From an uncultured Acidobacteriota bacterium (GTDB lineage: Bacteria > Acidobacteriota > Thermoanaerobaculia > UBA5066 > Gp7-AA6): a stretch of 64,000 bases of DNA. The DNA is taken from the NCBI GenBank assembly GCA_963724465.1, contig CAVRUT010000013.1, forward strand, positions 64,958-128,957, written 5' to 3'. The position numbers were made by a program, and so were the translations under genes. Under the pieces are notes generated by a model that ran no database searches, was not told where the DNA came from, and worked only from the letters and a program-made list of their open reading frames with translations. Below, one piece after another: positions 1 to 10,268 of this stretch; within the stretch, counting starts at the first letter, position 1, and each line of letters starts with the position of its first letter.

Positions 1-794
1 GCGAGTGTCGCGACCCACTCCTCGTAGTAGGAGCCGATGCCGAACGGGACGGGCTGGACGAAGAGGTCGCCCGTCGCCGCGACCCGCTCGCGGGGCAGGA
101 AGACGACCACGTCGCCGCGCGTGTTCCCTCGCCCGAGAAAGAGGATCTCGATGTCTCGGTCGCCGCGATGGAGCACGAGCCGGTCATCGAACGTCAGGTC
201 GGGCGGCGTGTTGCGGATGGCCAGCAGCTCGGGCGCGAGGGCACGGTTCAGGGCCGCGATCTCGCCGGCCCTCCGGCGCCGGCGCTCCTCGAGGCGCTTG
301 CCGTCGTCGTCGAGGCCCGTTGCTGCCCAGCGCTCGTACCGGACGGCGCCTTCCTCGAGATCCAGGACGTCCTTCGCGCGCAGAGCGTACGTCTGAGCGA
401 AGATGTCCTCGCGCGTGTCCCGGTGGGCGATGAATTCGACGCTCGGCCAGAGCTCGCGGTACACCTCGTTGCCGCCGTGGTGGTCGTCGTGCCAGTGCGT
501 GTTGACCACGTAGCGCACGGGCCGGTCGGTCAGCTTTTTCAGCTCCGAAGCCATCGTGCGCGCCGTGGACGGAACCATTCCCGTGTCCACCACGAGCACG
601 TCGCGGTCGTTGACGACGAAGACGGCGTTGCTCTCGATGAGATCCTGCGTCGGGTCCTTCCACAGAAAGGCGTACACGCCCTCCGCCAGCCGGACGACCT
701 CGTAGGGCTTCCGGGGAAGGCCCTCGCCCCGCGAGGGCTCCACGGCTGCCGATACGGCGACGACGAAGAAGAGCGCTGCTCGAAGAACGCGCAT
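1..794 (-). CDS. MBL-fold metallo-hydrolase with signal peptide (C-terminus lies beyond window start)
   Basis: Own translation of minus strand from ATG 794..792: MRVLRAALFFVVAVSAAVEP..., then NTHWHDDHHGG (HxHxDH metal motif). Absent from ORF track because there is no stop inside the window; + strand ORF 168..893 is its antisense shadow. Confidence 0.75.
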   Translation of the reverse strand, partial: MRVLRAALFFVVAVSAAVEPSRGEGLPRKPYEVVRLAEGVYAFLWKDPTQDLIESNAVFVVNDRDVLVVDTGMVPSTARTMASELKKLTDRPVRYVVNTHWHDDHHGGNEVYRELWPSVEFIAHRDTREDIFAQTYALRAKDVLDLEEGAVRYERWAATGLDDDGKRLEERRRRRAGEIAALNRALAPELLAIRNTPPDLTFDDRLVLHRGDRDIEILFLGRGNTRGDVVVFLPRERVAATGDLFVQPVPFGIGSYYEEWVATL

Positions 795-889
795 GGTCGA
801 ACGCTATCGGCTCGGACGCCTCCCGGCGAGGCTTTCGGGACGAACCCGTCTCCCGAAGGGACGAACTCGCGCCCGAAGGGTCCCGGGCG

Positions 890-1417
890 CTAGAACGCCG
901 CCCTGCGGAATCGCCCGCCGAGCTCGTAATCGAAAAGCTCGTCGAAGCCTTCGGGATCGCGGTCCCCGTATCCTCTCAGACGCACCCGGAGCCTCTTCGC
1001 GTCGAGCCAGCGCACGGCTTCCAGGTACACGTGGGCATTGCCCGACCGCTCGGGCAGCGGGCCCAGGGTTTTCGCGAGCACGGCGTCCAGGTCGACGGGC
1101 GCCGCCGTCCCGTCCGGGCGGAAAACGAACACCGTCGAGAAATCGCCGTCAGGCCTCTCCGTGACTGCCAGCGCGTTGCCGTCGGGCGACCAGAGGACCG
1201 TCGCTCCGCGGGAAAACGACAGCAGGAGCCGCGACCTGCCGGACTTGAGGACCTTGAGATTCAAGTCGTGGTGCCCGCTCCCGTCCGCCTCCTTCGTCGA
1301 CACGCACGAGACGGCATACCGCCCCGTCGGGTCCTTCGCCTCGGCGGGGCCCGGAAAGGCCACGGGGTCGGGAGCTGCGGCGGCGACGGCCGCCAGCAGA
1401 AGCGGGAGGAGTCTCAT
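890..1417 (-). CDS. hypothetical exported protein
   Basis: Last 175 codons of track ORF 890..1903. Internal ATG at 1417 gives signal-like MRLLPLLLAAVAAAAP. ATGA overlap with the stop of the upstream dehydrogenase. The upstream part of the track ORF is Arg-rich junk. No family recognised. Confidence 0.6.
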   Translation of the reverse strand: MRLLPLLLAAVAAAAPDPVAFPGPAEAKDPTGRYAVSCVSTKEADGSGHHDLNLKVLKSGRSRLLLSFSRGATVLWSPDGNALAVTERPDGDFSTVFVFRPDGTAAPVDLDAVLAKTLGPLPERSGNAHVYLEAVRWLDAKRLRVRLRGYGDRDPEGFDELFDYELGGRFRRAAF

Positions 1418-2442
1418 GAGCCGCCCAGCACGGCGTATCGCACGCCCTCGCCCCGGGCCTGCGCCTCGAGAAAGCGCGGCAGATCCTCGAGCGCGCCGCG
1501 CCCGGCGACGAGAGGCCGTGGGTCGATCTGGCCGGATGCGAGCGCGTCGAGCGCGGCTCGCGCCTCGGTGGGCGTGTAGTGAAAGGAGCCGGAGAGCGTG
1601 ATCTCGGCGTAGTGAAGGCGCGCGGCGTCGAAGCCGACCGTCGTGCGGGGAGCGCACCCGCCGAAGAGAAGGACCTGGCCTCCGGGCCTCACCAGGTCGG
1701 GAAGGCGTTCCCAGACGAGCCGGTCTCCCGTGCAGTCCACGGCGATGTCGGGAGAAGCGCCGCTGGCGGCCACCAGGGCCTCCGGCCCCTGCCGCGTCAG
1801 GTCCACGAAGCGCGCCCCGAACCGCGCGGCGAGCTTCGCGCGCTCGGGCCGGCGGCCCGCGACGAGCACCTCCAGGCCGCGCCGCGAGGCCACCGCGGCC
1901 CACAGGAACGCCAGGGCGCCCGCGCCGTACACGAGGACCGCTCCCGAGGGCTCTCGCAGCCGACCCCAGCCGTGGAGCACCGAGGCGAGCGGATCGAGGA
2001 ACGCCGCGATCTCATCCTCGAGGCCGGCCGGTACGCGGTGCATGTTCGCGGCGACGACGCCGGCCGGCACGCGCACGTATTCCGCGAAGGCGCCCCACAT
2101 CCGATCCTCGTGCCCCGCCGCGCAGAGGTTTGCCCGGCCGCCGCGGCAGTCCGCGCAATGCCCGCAGGGCCCCGAGATCCCGGGGACCACGCGGTCGCCG
2201 GCCTTCCACCCCGTCACGCCCGGCCCGGCCTCGGCAATCTCGCCCGCGACCTCGTGGCCCATCGTCAGGGGCAGACCGATCCGAGCGTGGCCGCGCGCGA
2301 GGGTCTTCACGTCCGTGCCGCAGGTCAGCGCCGCCCTCATCCGCAGCACCACCTCGCCGGGCCCCGGAGCAGGGGTCGGAAGGTCCTGCGCCTCGAAGGC
2401 CCCGACGGCGGTCTGTACGAACGCGCGCATGAAATCGGCCAA
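1414..2442 (-). CDS. zinc-dependent alcohol dehydrogenase family (MDR) oxidoreductase
   Basis: 342-aa ORF with GHEVAGEI zinc-ligand motif, structural-zinc Cys cluster CGHCADCRGGRANLC and Rossmann VLVYGAGALA. Start could also be ATG 2430. Confidence 0.85.
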   Translation of the reverse strand: MADFMRAFVQTAVGAFEAQDLPTPAPGPGEVVLRMRAALTCGTDVKTLARGHARIGLPLTMGHEVAGEIAEAGPGVTGWKAGDRVVPGISGPCGHCADCRGGRANLCAAGHEDRMWGAFAEYVRVPAGVVAANMHRVPAGLEDEIAAFLDPLASVLHGWGRLREPSGAVLVYGAGALAFLWAAVASRRGLEVLVAGRRPERAKLAARFGARFVDLTRQGPEALVAASGASPDIAVDCTGDRLVWERLPDLVRPGGQVLLFGGCAPRTTVGFDAARLHYAEITLSGSFHYTPTEARAALDALASGQIDPRPLVAGRGALEDLPRFLEAQARGEGVRYAVLGGS

Positions 2443-2509
2443 TCACATATCACCGATCGCCTGCCTCGACGATCCCGCCGTGGTACCGCCGGGGAAAAGG
2501 AAAGGAGAG

Positions 2510-2539
2510 AAAAAAGGGGGATGCCTTGCGGCACCCCCC
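2510..2539 (-). terminator. Rho-independent terminator after the M4 protease gene
   Basis: On the minus strand GGGGGGUGCC-GCAA-GGCAUCCCCC followed by UUUUUUCUCUCC, about 28 nt downstream of the stop at 2567. Confidence 0.6.
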
Positions 2540-2566
2540 AGATCCGACAGTGGACCGACGAGCTCT

Positions 2567-5500
2567 CTAGGGATTCTCCTGGAAGCTCGAAGGCCGGTTG
2601 GTTGAGTCGAAGTACAGACGCAACCCGACTGCATTGCTGTGGCCGCCGCAGAGGGTGTTGTTCGGGTTGGTCCCGATGCGGGTGAGGACCTTGACGCTGA
2701 GAACATCCGAGCCCGAGAAGGCCGTTCCCGGGAGGGCGCCGAACGCGACGGCCACTGCCTTGGCCTGGGCCTCGTTCCTCGTCACGTCCTGGATGCAGCG
2801 GGTCAGCCCTTGCGCCACGAGATCGCCGTTCCTGTAGAGCTCGACTCGGAGGTCGAAGCGCGTTCCGATGTCGTCGCTGTTCTTCAACCCGATCCAGGTG
2901 TTGAGCGGTCCCAACGTGGTCAGGCCTCCCAGAGGCGGGGTGGACGTCCACGTCCCGATCTCCTTGAAGGGGTTGCCTCCGTTGAAATTGATGCCTGCCG
3001 AATCCCGGTACTTCGGGCTCGTAGCCGTGGGGACGGAGCCCAGGAAAAGGGTCGGCGGGTTGGCTGCGGGGCCGGTGCCACGCAGGTAGGCGGTCGTTGT
3101 CGGCAATTCGGGGATGCAGACATACACAGTCACGTCATCCACGTACCAGCCGAAGACTCCGCCGCAGCCGTCCGTGGAGATGTCCCAGCGAAGCCGGATC
3201 GTCTGACCAGCGCCGGCCAGGCCCGCCAGGTTGACGATCGTGCGGCCCCAGGTGCCGTCCACCGATCCGCCGTCCGTTCCGGACCAGGCGCGCTGCCCGG
3301 CGCGCGGGTTAGTGTTGCCCGCCGCCGCCGTGTTCAGCACCAGGTTGTGCGCGTTGTAGATGAAGTTGGCCTGGGGAACGAGCGTGTACGGGCCGCCGTT
3401 GACGCTGAGCATCAGTTGTCCGCCGTCCCAGCCCGTCTCGGTCGCGACCCAGTGCTCGAAGGTCAGAATCGGGCCGCTCGAGAGCGTCGCCGGCAGCGGG
3501 ATCGCGGGGCTCGTCAGGTGCAGCACGCCGGATTCGTCGCCGCCCGGAGCGCATGTGCCGCTCGTCGGATCCGGCCCGAAAAAGGCCTTGCCCGCGCGGC
3601 CGTCCGGCAGCGTGCTGCTGACGGACCAGTCGCGGTTGGTGAAGCCGCCTGTCCCGATGGCCTCGTGGCTGACGCTCCAGCCGGAGGTATTGCCCTCGAA
3701 GTCGTCCGAAAACAGCGTGTACTTGACCGTGTCGGGACCGCAGGCCGGGTCGGCGGGCGGATTCTGGCCCAGGAGCGGCTGGAAGTTGCACTGCGTCGGC
3801 GGGGTGCGCATCTCGACCGCCAGCATGGCCTTCTTGACCTGGTCAACGTCCGACGGCGGTGATTTTCTGGCCGGACGGGTCGCCGGTAACCAGATCAGCC
3901 AGGGGGACGCCGATCAGGTCGCGTCGCCGACTGCTCGATCGCGTCCGCGTGATCGGCGAAGTCCGAGGCCGGATTCTGGTAGACCGACTCCGCCCGGAAG
4001 TAGATGTGCGCGGCCTTGGTCAGGCCGATCCCGGTGATCGTCTGGCCGTTGTAGGTTCCGCCGTCCACGATCAGGGCGTACGCGTGGTTGGGAACGCCGG
4101 AGTTGTTGTGCACGCCGCCGCCGTCGGCAGTCCCGCAGCCGTACTGGCCGTCGGTCACCTTGCCCGGGTTGCCGTAGCAAGGGGGGTTCCACATGTCGCG
4201 GAGCGCGCCCGTGAGGCCCGCTGCCGTGTCGTCCTCGCCTATGAGCCAGCGCGTGGAGGCGTCGGTCCCCGTCTGGCCGCGCGACAGTGTCGCGTTGAGG
4301 CCGTGAGCAAGCTGAGCCTTGATCGCGTTGCCGTCGGACTGAAGGATGGAGAGAGCCGGAATCGTGACCGTGGGGTCGACGCCGGCCATGTTGACGATCC
4401 CTGAGGTGTTGTTCGCGACGATCACGCCGATCGCGCCGTTGACCTGGGCGTTCTTCGCCTTGACGACGAACCCGCAGGTGCCGCGATCGACCAATGCGAT
4501 CTTTCCGGCAACCTGCGCCGCATTGGTCCAACTGTTGGCGGCGCACACGAAGCTCGGTCCGGCGCAGCAGCCGTCGGTCAGAGTCTGGCCGCCGGCGGTG
4601 ACGCCGTCGTTAGCCACGACGACGTCGTTGGTGAGCGAAAAGCTCGTGCGGCCCCCAGGCGGCGGTGCCCGCCGCCTTGTTCCCGGCGATCGCAGCCGGC
4701 GAGTTGATGACGACAGTCGTGGGCGTCGTATAAACCGTACAGGCCGATGTCGTTCGCAGCGGATCCGTCGCGGAATTGCCGATGACGTCCCGACCGTTGA
4801 TGCGGTCGATCGTCTCGCCGAAGATGTCCGAGTAGGACTCGTTCAACGCACCCGGCTGCCACTGGTAGATCAGGCCGTGGGTGTACTGCGTATAAGCGTG
4901 CGACCACTCGTGGCCGGTTACGTCGTCGGTCGTCAGGCCGTTGCAGAAGGAGATGAACGTCCCGTTCCACGAGGCGTTGGGGCAGGAGTAGCCACGGTTG
5001 AAGATCGAGTCCATGATCGCCCCGGCGGCGTCGAAGGAGTCGCGGCCGAAGGCGTGATTGTAGAAATCGTAGGTCTCCTTCGAGGAGGTGATCATGTTGT
5101 CGGCTTCCGCCGATGAGGTCGGGAAGCCGTCCCCTTCGACCCAGAAGGGCGAGCCGGGATAGGCCGGCGGGACCGTCGGAAGGAACAAGCCGTCGTACGC
5201 CCGCCGGTACATCGCATCGAAGATGCCCGGCAGGCGATCCACGATCTTGCCCGTGTGAGCGTCCACGTAAACGAACTCGCGGATGTCCGCGCCGTTGCCG
5301 GTCTCGATCTGCCAGGTGAGGTAGTCCTCGCCCGGGATCCCGCGTGCGAGGTTCGTGTGGTAGACCATCAGGAGGCCCGACCGCGCGTAGACGTCCCGGC
5401 CCTGATTGTCATAGCTGACGGCTCGGATCGCCACGGCGGCCGCCTCCGCCGCGGTGCGCGTCGGATTGGGATCCACCTGGATCGCCGGGATCGCGTTGCC

Positions 5501-5959
5501 GTTGACCGACGTCAACTCCCCGTCGGCGTTGAAGTGCGCCCGCACCATGCCCGCAAAGACCGGGACGCCGCGGTAGGTCTGCGCGTAGCTGACGTGTCGT
5601 CCGCCGAGACCGTCGCCCCTCTCCTCGCTGACCTGCATCTCGGCGTCCACGTCGCGCAGGCCGAAGATGCCCGAGTATTCCTTCAGAAATGCCGCCGACT
5701 TCTCGCGCGCCGAGCCCGAGATCCCTCCCATCAGGTCGCCGCGTTCGCCCGGCGCGATGCCGGCGAATCTCACGGCACCGGTCGCCGCGGAGACGCTGAC
5801 CCGCGCGCGGCCGCCCATCCGATCCTCGAGCCGTCGGATCCCTGCCGGGTCCAGCGCCTTGCCTTTCCCGTTCCCCTTCTCGGCGGCCCCGGCCGACCCC
5901 GAGCCTGCTAGAAGGAGAACGAAAGTGAACGCCGAGACGAGGAAACCCATCCTTCGCAT
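2567..5959 (-). CDS. secreted M4 (thermolysin-like) zinc metallopeptidase with PA-domain insert and C-terminal beta-sandwich domains; reading frame broken at least 3 times
   Basis: Three track ORFs are consecutive parts of one protein. 4610..5959 has the signal peptide, propeptide and HEWSH...GLIYQWQPGALNESYSDIFGE (thermolysin HExxH/NExxSD). 3895..4617 has the PA domain and M4 C-terminal part. 2567..3826 has the C-terminal domains. Frame changes near the C5 run 4652..4656, near ~3920 and near ~3850. Confidence 0.8.
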
Positions 5960-6035
5960 ATCGATGCCTCCCTTCGAAAAAAAAGAAAACCCGACCGCAC
6001 TCCCCGAGACCAGACCGGAAACTTATTGGCGGAGT

Positions 6036-6467
6036 CTATAGCCGGTGGAGGGAAAGAGTAGCCACATATTCTTCGGCGCGAATTTCCCGGCCGGAGACGG
6101 GATAGGGATCCAGACGCACGAGCTGCAGCTCGAACCCGGCCACGTCCACTTCTCCGGATCCCTCCAATGTTCCGAGTTCGACGGTCTTCGGCGCCGAACC
6201 CTCGACCGAAATCTCCACGGCGATGCGGGCTTTCCCCGCGACGATGCACTGCTCCCCTTTTGGACAACGCGAATCTTCCAGAATGGAAGCGAACCGGATC
6301 ACGACCCTCTCGCTAGACATCGCCGCCTGCTGGCCCAGCTTCAGGGCAAAAGACTGTCCGAGCGAGACTTCGATCGGACTACCGCAGCGGAAGCCCGCAG
6401 CCAGTAGTGAAAAAAATGCAACGAGGAAAGGAAGCCCGGACCGGGAGCCGCGAACTGGCAGGCTCAC
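6036..6467 (-). CDS. hypothetical exported protein, last gene of the xseA-xseB-ispA operon
   Basis: 143-aa ORF with hydrophobic N-terminus LPFLVAFFSLLAAGF. GTGA overlap with the ispA stop (6464..6467). No family recognised. Confidence 0.6.
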   Translation of the reverse strand: MSLPVRGSRSGLPFLVAFFSLLAAGFRCGSPIEVSLGQSFALKLGQQAAMSSERVVIRFASILEDSRCPKGEQCIVAGKARIAVEISVEGSAPKTVELGTLEGSGEVDVAGFELQLVRLDPYPVSGREIRAEEYVATLSLHRL

Positions 6468-7381
6468 GACTTGCGCGCGCCGATGAAGCGCGCAAGCTCG
6501 GGCAGGACACCGCCGCCGCGCGGGAGCTCCTCGGCGGCCGCGACCGCCTCCGCGATGTTCTCGGCCAGGAGCGAGCGTGAGCGCTCGACCCCCCAGACGA
6601 CGGGAAACGTCGCCTTGCCCGCGGCCGCGTCCTTGTTCGAGGCCTTGCCGAGGGTCGCGGCGTCGGACTCGACGTCGAGCAGGTCGTCCTTGATCTGGAA
6701 CGCCAGCCCGATCCGGGTTCCGTAGAGGTCGATCCGCGCGAGGGTCGCCTCGTCGGCGCCCGCGAGGATCGCGCCGGTCAACAGCGACGCCCGCATCAGG
6801 CGTCCCGTCTTGTTTTCGTGGATGCGGGTCAGCAGCTCCGCCGTCGGCGCGGCTTCCTGCTCGGCCTCGATGTCCGCCATCTGCCCGCCGATCATGCCCC
6901 GCGTGCCGATCGCCTCGACGACGGTCTCGAGCACACGGACCTTCGCTGCGGCGTGGCGCTCGCCCTTCGGGTACGAGGCGAAGACGCCGAGGCCGTGCGT
7001 CAGCAGCGCGTCGCCGGCGAGGATCGCCGTCGCCTCCCCGAAGACGACGTGGCAGGTGGGCACGCCGCGGCGCAGGTCGTCGTTGTCGAGGGCGGGAAGG
7101 TCGTCGTGAATGAGCGAGTACGTGTGGATCATCTCGAGGCCGCAGGCGGGCTCGAGCACGTCCCCGGCCGGCGCCCCCAGCACCTCCGCCGCGGCGAGGC
7201 AGAGGATCGGCCGAAGGCGCTTTCCGCCCGCGAAGACGGAGTGCCGGATGGCCCGGTGCAGGATAGACGGCCAGGCGTCCCCGGGCGGCAGGAGCCGCTC
7301 GAGCGCCGCGTCCACTTCTAGACGGCGCGCCGCCAGGTACTCCGCCACGCCGTGCGTCGCGGCCTCAGCCTCGGTCGTCAT
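6464..7381 (-). CDS. ispA: polyprenyl (farnesyl/geranylgeranyl) diphosphate synthase
   Basis: First Asp-rich motif LIHDDLPALDNDDLRRG and second motif FQIKDDLLD. Classical xseB-ispA linkage. Preferred start ATG 7381 (MTTEAEAA...), overlapping the xseB end; the track start is 7411. Confidence 0.85.
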   Translation of the reverse strand: MTTEAEAATHGVAEYLAARRLEVDAALERLLPPGDAWPSILHRAIRHSVFAGGKRLRPILCLAAAEVLGAPAGDVLEPACGLEMIHTYSLIHDDLPALDNDDLRRGVPTCHVVFGEATAILAGDALLTHGLGVFASYPKGERHAAAKVRVLETVVEAIGTRGMIGGQMADIEAEQEAAPTAELLTRIHENKTGRLMRASLLTGAILAGADEATLARIDLYGTRIGLAFQIKDDLLDVESDAATLGKASNKDAAAGKATFPVVWGVERSRSLLAENIAEAVAAAEELPRGGGVLPELARFIGARKS

Positions 7382-7637
7382 CGTCGTCCTCGGCGGAGCG
7401 CCCCGGATCAAAGGGAGCCGTCTTCCACTCGCCCGCAGCTTCCTTGAGCACGATCTCGACCGATTTCTCGACCTCGCCGAGCTTCTTGTCGCAGAAGCGC
7501 GCCAGCTCCATGCCTTCCTGGAAGAGAGCGAACTGCTGCTCGAGGCCGCGGTCCTCCCCTTCGAGCTCGGCCACGATCGCCTCGAGTCGCGCCATCGCCT
7601 CTTCGAAACTCCTCTCCTTCTTGGGACGGCCCGTCAC
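7365..7637 (-). CDS. xseB: exodeoxyribonuclease VII small subunit
   Basis: C-terminal part of track ORF 7365..9209: SFEEAMARLEAIVAELEGEDRGLEQQFALFQEGMELARFCDKKL. GTG 7637 is preceded by GGAGGAGG and overlaps the xseA stop (GTGA). Confidence 0.85.
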   Translation of the reverse strand: MTGRPKKERSFEEAMARLEAIVAELEGEDRGLEQQFALFQEGMELARFCDKKLGEVEKSVEIVLKEAAGEWKTAPFDPGRSAEDDDDDRG

Positions 7638-9039
7638 GATTCCTCCTCCCGATCGGCGAAGAGCGGCCCGGCGCCGGGCAGCTTCCCCCCTTCGCGGACC
7701 ACGGCGCCGAGCTCTCCCTCGTGCAGCCGGACCCGGATGCGTTCCCCGACGGTCACCTGCGACGCCGCGGTGATCGGCGCGGCCGAGCCGGCACGGTAGG
7801 CGACCGCGTAGCCCCGCGCGAGCACGGCGAGCGGACTCAGGATATGGAGTTTGTGCGTGAACTCCTGGAGGCGGGCTCGCCGCCGCTCGAGCCGCCGGTC
7901 CGACTTCTCGACGAGCAGCGACCTCAGGCTCGCGACGCGGTCCCGGCGGCGCGGGAGCTCGACCATGCGCACGAAATCCTCGAGCAGGCGCCGCGCCGCG
8001 CCCACTCGGGCGGCGTACTCGGCGGGCCGCTGGCGCAACCGGGTCAGCAGCGCGTCGCGGCTCTGGGAGACGGTCTGCCTCCATTCCTCCAGCCGCCGCG
8101 GAAAGCCCGCGAGCGCGTCCGAGCGCCCGTACGCTGAGAGGTGCGCCCGCTCGAGCGTGAGGCGGGCCCGCAGCGCGCGCAAAAGCTGCAGCCGGCCGTT
8201 CGACAGCCTTCTCACGATCTCGTCCTTGCGCTCGACGACGAGCTCCGCTGCGGCCGAGGGGGTCGGGGCGCGCAGGTCGGCCACGAGATCCGCGATCGTC
8301 ACGTCGGTCTCGTGCCCAACGCCGGAGATCGTCGGGATCGCGGAGGAGGCCAGCGCCCGGGCTACCCTCTCGTCGTTGAACGGGGCGAGGTCCTCCGGCG
8401 AGCCGCCGCCCCGCGCGAGGATCAGCACGTCGAAACTGCCGCGCAGGTTCAGGTGTGCGATCGCCCCGGCGATTTCCGCCGCCGCGAGCTCGCCCTGGAC
8501 GCGGACCGGGTACACCGTGATCGCCAGCCCCTCGAAGCGTCGGGACAGGACGTTCAGGATGTCCCGCACGACCGCGCCGGTCGGCGAAGTCACGACCGCG
8601 ATGCGCCGGGGCAGCTTCGGGATCGGGCGCTTGCGCGCGGCTTCGAAGAGGCCCTCGGCCTCGAGGCGCGCCTTCAACTGCTCGAAGGCGAGCTGCAGGG
8701 CGCCGCGGCCCACGGGCTCGACCGCGAAGGCCTTGATCTGGAACTTCCCCTGAGGGGCGTAGAGGTCGAGCGACCCGCGCACGACGACCTCGAGCCCCGG
8801 CTCCATCCGGAACGGAACGCGTTTCAGGTCGGAGGCAAAGATGATCGCCGGCAGCGTGGACGTCCGGTCCTTCAGCACGAAGTAACCATGGCCCCCCCGC
8901 TCGTCGAAGCGGCCGATCTCGCCGACCACGGACACGATCCCGCCACGTCGTGCGCAGCACCGACGACACCTCGGCCAGCAGCTCCGTGACCGTGTACGGG
9001 CGGGGTGGCGCGGCGAGCGGGGACGGGGCGCGGAAACAT
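7634..9039 (-). CDS. xseA: exodeoxyribonuclease VII large subunit; N-terminal ~35 codons are in other frames
   Basis: ORF 7634..8935 carries GHGYFVLKD, VVTSPTGAVVRD and GRGGGSPEDL-like motifs. The conserved N-terminus PYTVTELLAEVSSVLRTTWRD sits in another frame just upstream (shift near 8935..8945). ATG 9039 is in a third frame (shift near ~8990). Confidence 0.8.
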
Positions 9040-9049
9040 CGGCGGGATT

Positions 9050-10105
9050 CTAGCCCGCATTCTCCGTGGCCGTTCCTGCCGCAGCCGCCCGGGAAAACGG
9101 GATTGCGAAGACGACGAGCGTCGCCATCTCGACCTCCGTGTCGCCGAAGTTGTACTCGAAGAGTCCCGCGACCGTGATGGCAGCTCCCGCCAGCAGCGCC
9201 CCGGTCCACAGCGGCGCGCGGCCGGGCCCGTCCCTGCGCCGCACCAGGACGATCGCGCGGGCGAGAAAGACGCCGACGATGGCAAGGTAAGCCGCCGCCG
9301 CGAAGAGCCCGTTCGCCGCTGCGATCTGGATCACGTTGTCGTGCAGGTGGGGCACGTTCCAGCGCGGCGCGTCGGGGTCCCGGTAGAGGGGGTAATAGGA
9401 CTGCACCATGTCGTTACCCAGGCCGAACACCGGGCTCTCGCGCACCATCCGCGCGCCCGCACGCGCCATCGCCAGACGGTCCCGGTTGGTGGGATCCGAG
9501 AGGTCCGCCGTCGAGCGGATGCGCTGGCGAATCCCGGCGGGAGCGAGAAGGTACACGGCTACGAGGGCCGCCGCGACCGCGGGAAGCGCCCGGGGGCGGC
9601 GCACCACGGCATAGAGCAGGAGCGCGGCGACGATACCGACGTACGCGTTGCGGGTGAAGGTGAGGAGGACGGCCGTCAGCGGGAGGACGGAGAAGAGCCC
9701 GAGGGCGCGCCAGCGCCCCCGCCCCTCGAAGGCGAAGCCGAGCAGCAGGCACGCCGCGATCAGCGCGATGCCCGAAAAGGTCATGTAGTGCGAGAGCGTG
9801 CCGCGGATGCGGCTCTGCAGGTCGCCGCCGCCATGGAAGAACTGCCAGATGCCGTAGAGCGAAAGCGCCGCCGCGCTCGCCGCGATCGACAGAAAGACCG
9901 CGCGCGCCCGCCCCTCGCTCGCGACGAGGTCCATCGTCACCGGCACGAGGAGGAAAAGCCCGAGCCCGCCGAGGTGGCGCGCGCTCGCCGCCGGATCGCG
10001 GGAGAAAACCGCCGAAAGGACGGTGAAGAGGGCGAGCAGGAGAAACAGGAAGCCGAACGGCGAGCGCAAGCCTTCGGACCGGCGCCCCGCGCGGCGCAAT
10101 TCCAC
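9050..10105 (-). CDS. O-antigen ligase (Wzy_C/RfaL-like) family membrane protein
   Basis: 351-aa polytopic membrane ORF with periplasmic loop ...NAYVGIVAALLLY...SPVFGLGNDMV... The frame stays open upstream to ~10268 and encodes another helix (LAFSLLCLFAFLTPFIAPAYIASGLLLAAWIV) without a canonical start. Confidence 0.7.
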   Translation of the reverse strand: MELRRAGRRSEGLRSPFGFLFLLLALFTVLSAVFSRDPAASARHLGGLGLFLLVPVTMDLVASEGRARAVFLSIAASAAALSLYGIWQFFHGGGDLQSRIRGTLSHYMTFSGIALIAACLLLGFAFEGRGRWRALGLFSVLPLTAVLLTFTRNAYVGIVAALLLYAVVRRPRALPAVAAALVAVYLLAPAGIRQRIRSTADLSDPTNRDRLAMARAGARMVRESPVFGLGNDMVQSYYPLYRDPDAPRWNVPHLHDNVIQIAAANGLFAAAAYLAIVGVFLARAIVLVRRRDGPGRAPLWTGALLAGAAITVAGLFEYNFGDTEVEMATLVVFAIPFSRAAAAGTATENAG

Positions 10106-10222
10106 GATCCACGCGGCCAGAAGGAGGCCCGACGCGATGTACGCCGGAGCGATGAAGGGGGTCAGGAACGCGAACAGGCACAGCAGCGAAAAGGCAAGCG
10201 AGCGGTCGACCAGGCGATCCCG

Positions 10223-10264
10223 CCGTCCGCCGTCCGCCGTCTGCCGTCCGCCGTCTTCCGTCGA
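10223..10264 (-). repeat. heptanucleotide tandem array, 6 x CCGTCYG (+ strand) / GACGGNN (transcript sense)
   Basis: CCGTCCG CCGTCCG CCGTCTG CCGTCCG CCGTCTT CCGTCGA read directly. Starts 5 nt after the trm112-like stop (10269..10271). Confidence 0.85.
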
Positions 10265-10268
10265 AACC

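Noticed and set aside
7365-9209. 614-aa ORF, and the over-extended track ORFs 15198..18290, 40959..43844, 890..1903, 26290..27927 and 61220..63988
   Set aside because: Only the 3' parts correspond to real genes (xseB, pheT, metG, exported protein, degP, DAO). The upstream extensions cross other genes in wrong frames and are Arg-rich nonsense. Internal starts with SD sites or 4-nt overlaps fit better.
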